The notes under the pieces: model-generated
The model's input: the letters and a program-made list of their open reading frames with translations, nothing else
The model's database searches: none
Told to the model about the DNA's origin: nothing
Assembly: GCA_037447605.1 (NCBI GenBank)
Contig: CM074813.1
Location: 2,976,001 to 3,040,000, forward strand
Direction of reading: 5' to 3'
Source of the DNA: Zygnema circumcarinatum SAG 698-1b
Lineage: Eukaryota > Plantae > Zygnematophyceae
Length of the DNA stretch: 64,000 nucleotides
Part shown: positions 63,364 through 64,000 of the stretch, piece after piece
How the letters are laid out: each line of letters starts with the position of its first letter
How positions within the stretch are numbered: the first letter of the stretch is position 1
Translations under genes and position numbers: made by a program

Positions 63364-63565
63364 AGAGTGAGGAATTCGGTACATAAGGTTGTAGCGTTCC
63401 GAAAAGGGGATTTCTCACATCTACGATGCGATGAAGGAAGAGGAGGAGACTTGCAGCATTGCAGTTCTGCTTTGAGGCTGTCATCAAATACACGTTGTTG
63501 TGCTGAATGAATTGGTACGTCACCCCGTCGTCATAGATCACGGGTTCGCGGGAGGCAGGATCATC
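61715..63565 (-). CDS. AP1M: AP-1 complex mu subunit, five internal exons
   Basis: Exons 63565-63419, 63010-62948, 62724-62548, 62238-62135, 61822-61715 encode VFKHYFEELEEESLRDNFVVVYELLDEMMDFGYPQYTEAKILSEFIKTD...[25 protein letters not shown]...LSGMPECKLGLND...DLDDIKFHQ. Exon 1 lies beyond the window and the 3' exons are missing at the gap. Confidence 0.95.
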
Positions 63566-64000
63566 CTATACGCAGCGGGCACATACAAAGGACATAAAAA
63601 TTAAGAGAGAGAGAGAGAGAGGGGAGGCGCGAAAGAGAGCAAAGGGGAAGCGAGAAAGAGGGACAAGGGAGAAAGGAGGGGGAAAGCGAAAAAAGAGAGA
63701 GTGGACGACGAGAGAGGAAGCGGTGAAGCAGCGAAATCAAAGAGGCCAAGGAGGTAGAGGAGAGAGGGAGGAAGTGGGGGAGAGGGAGAATGGGAGAGGC
63801 AGAAAAGAGAGGGTAAGAGAGAGAGAGGGAACCAGCGCGGAAAGAAGGAGAAGGGAACCTTCAAGTTTTGTCTAGTGTCATGGCTGAATGCCGGATCCAT
63901 GCAATCAATACACCTTAGAGGAAACGTAATGCGCATCTTGACAGACAAAGGAACATCGTTCGGCCACATGGATACTCGCACATGGATTTTCTGCCCTGCG

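Overview
Eukaryotic, intron-rich streptophyte (plant-lineage) nuclear DNA with Arabidopsis-type TTTAGGG repeats and GA/CT-microsatellite-filled introns; a charophyte or zygnematophyte alga is plausible but is inference only. Family calls come from remembered family sequences, not from searches. Gene order: DRMY1-like Myb protein (-, runs off the left edge), UPL3/KAKTUS HECT E3 ligase (+), a ~10.5 kb rearranged mosaic (19.1-29.7 kb), TTI1 (-), a small intronless 'embryogenesis-like' gene (+), an F-box/LRR gene (-), a GH3 beta-xylosidase (-), a secreted GEX2-like Ig-repeat protein (+, cut by a scaffold gap) and AP-1 mu adaptin (-, partial). The mosaic holds an inverted pair of RRM gene fragments, a kinase-less TOUSLED fragment ending in a 2.4 kb telomere array, three TIR transposons in one small intron (two adjacent, one nested), a foldback element with an FG-rich insert, and a frameshifted NOT3 first exon. 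The two most interesting items are the GEX2-like gene with an unusual filamin/IPT/cadherin-like architecture and this mosaic. A 2.14 kb tandem duplication across an N gap is probably an assembly artefact. Most entries in the ORF track are microsatellite noise.
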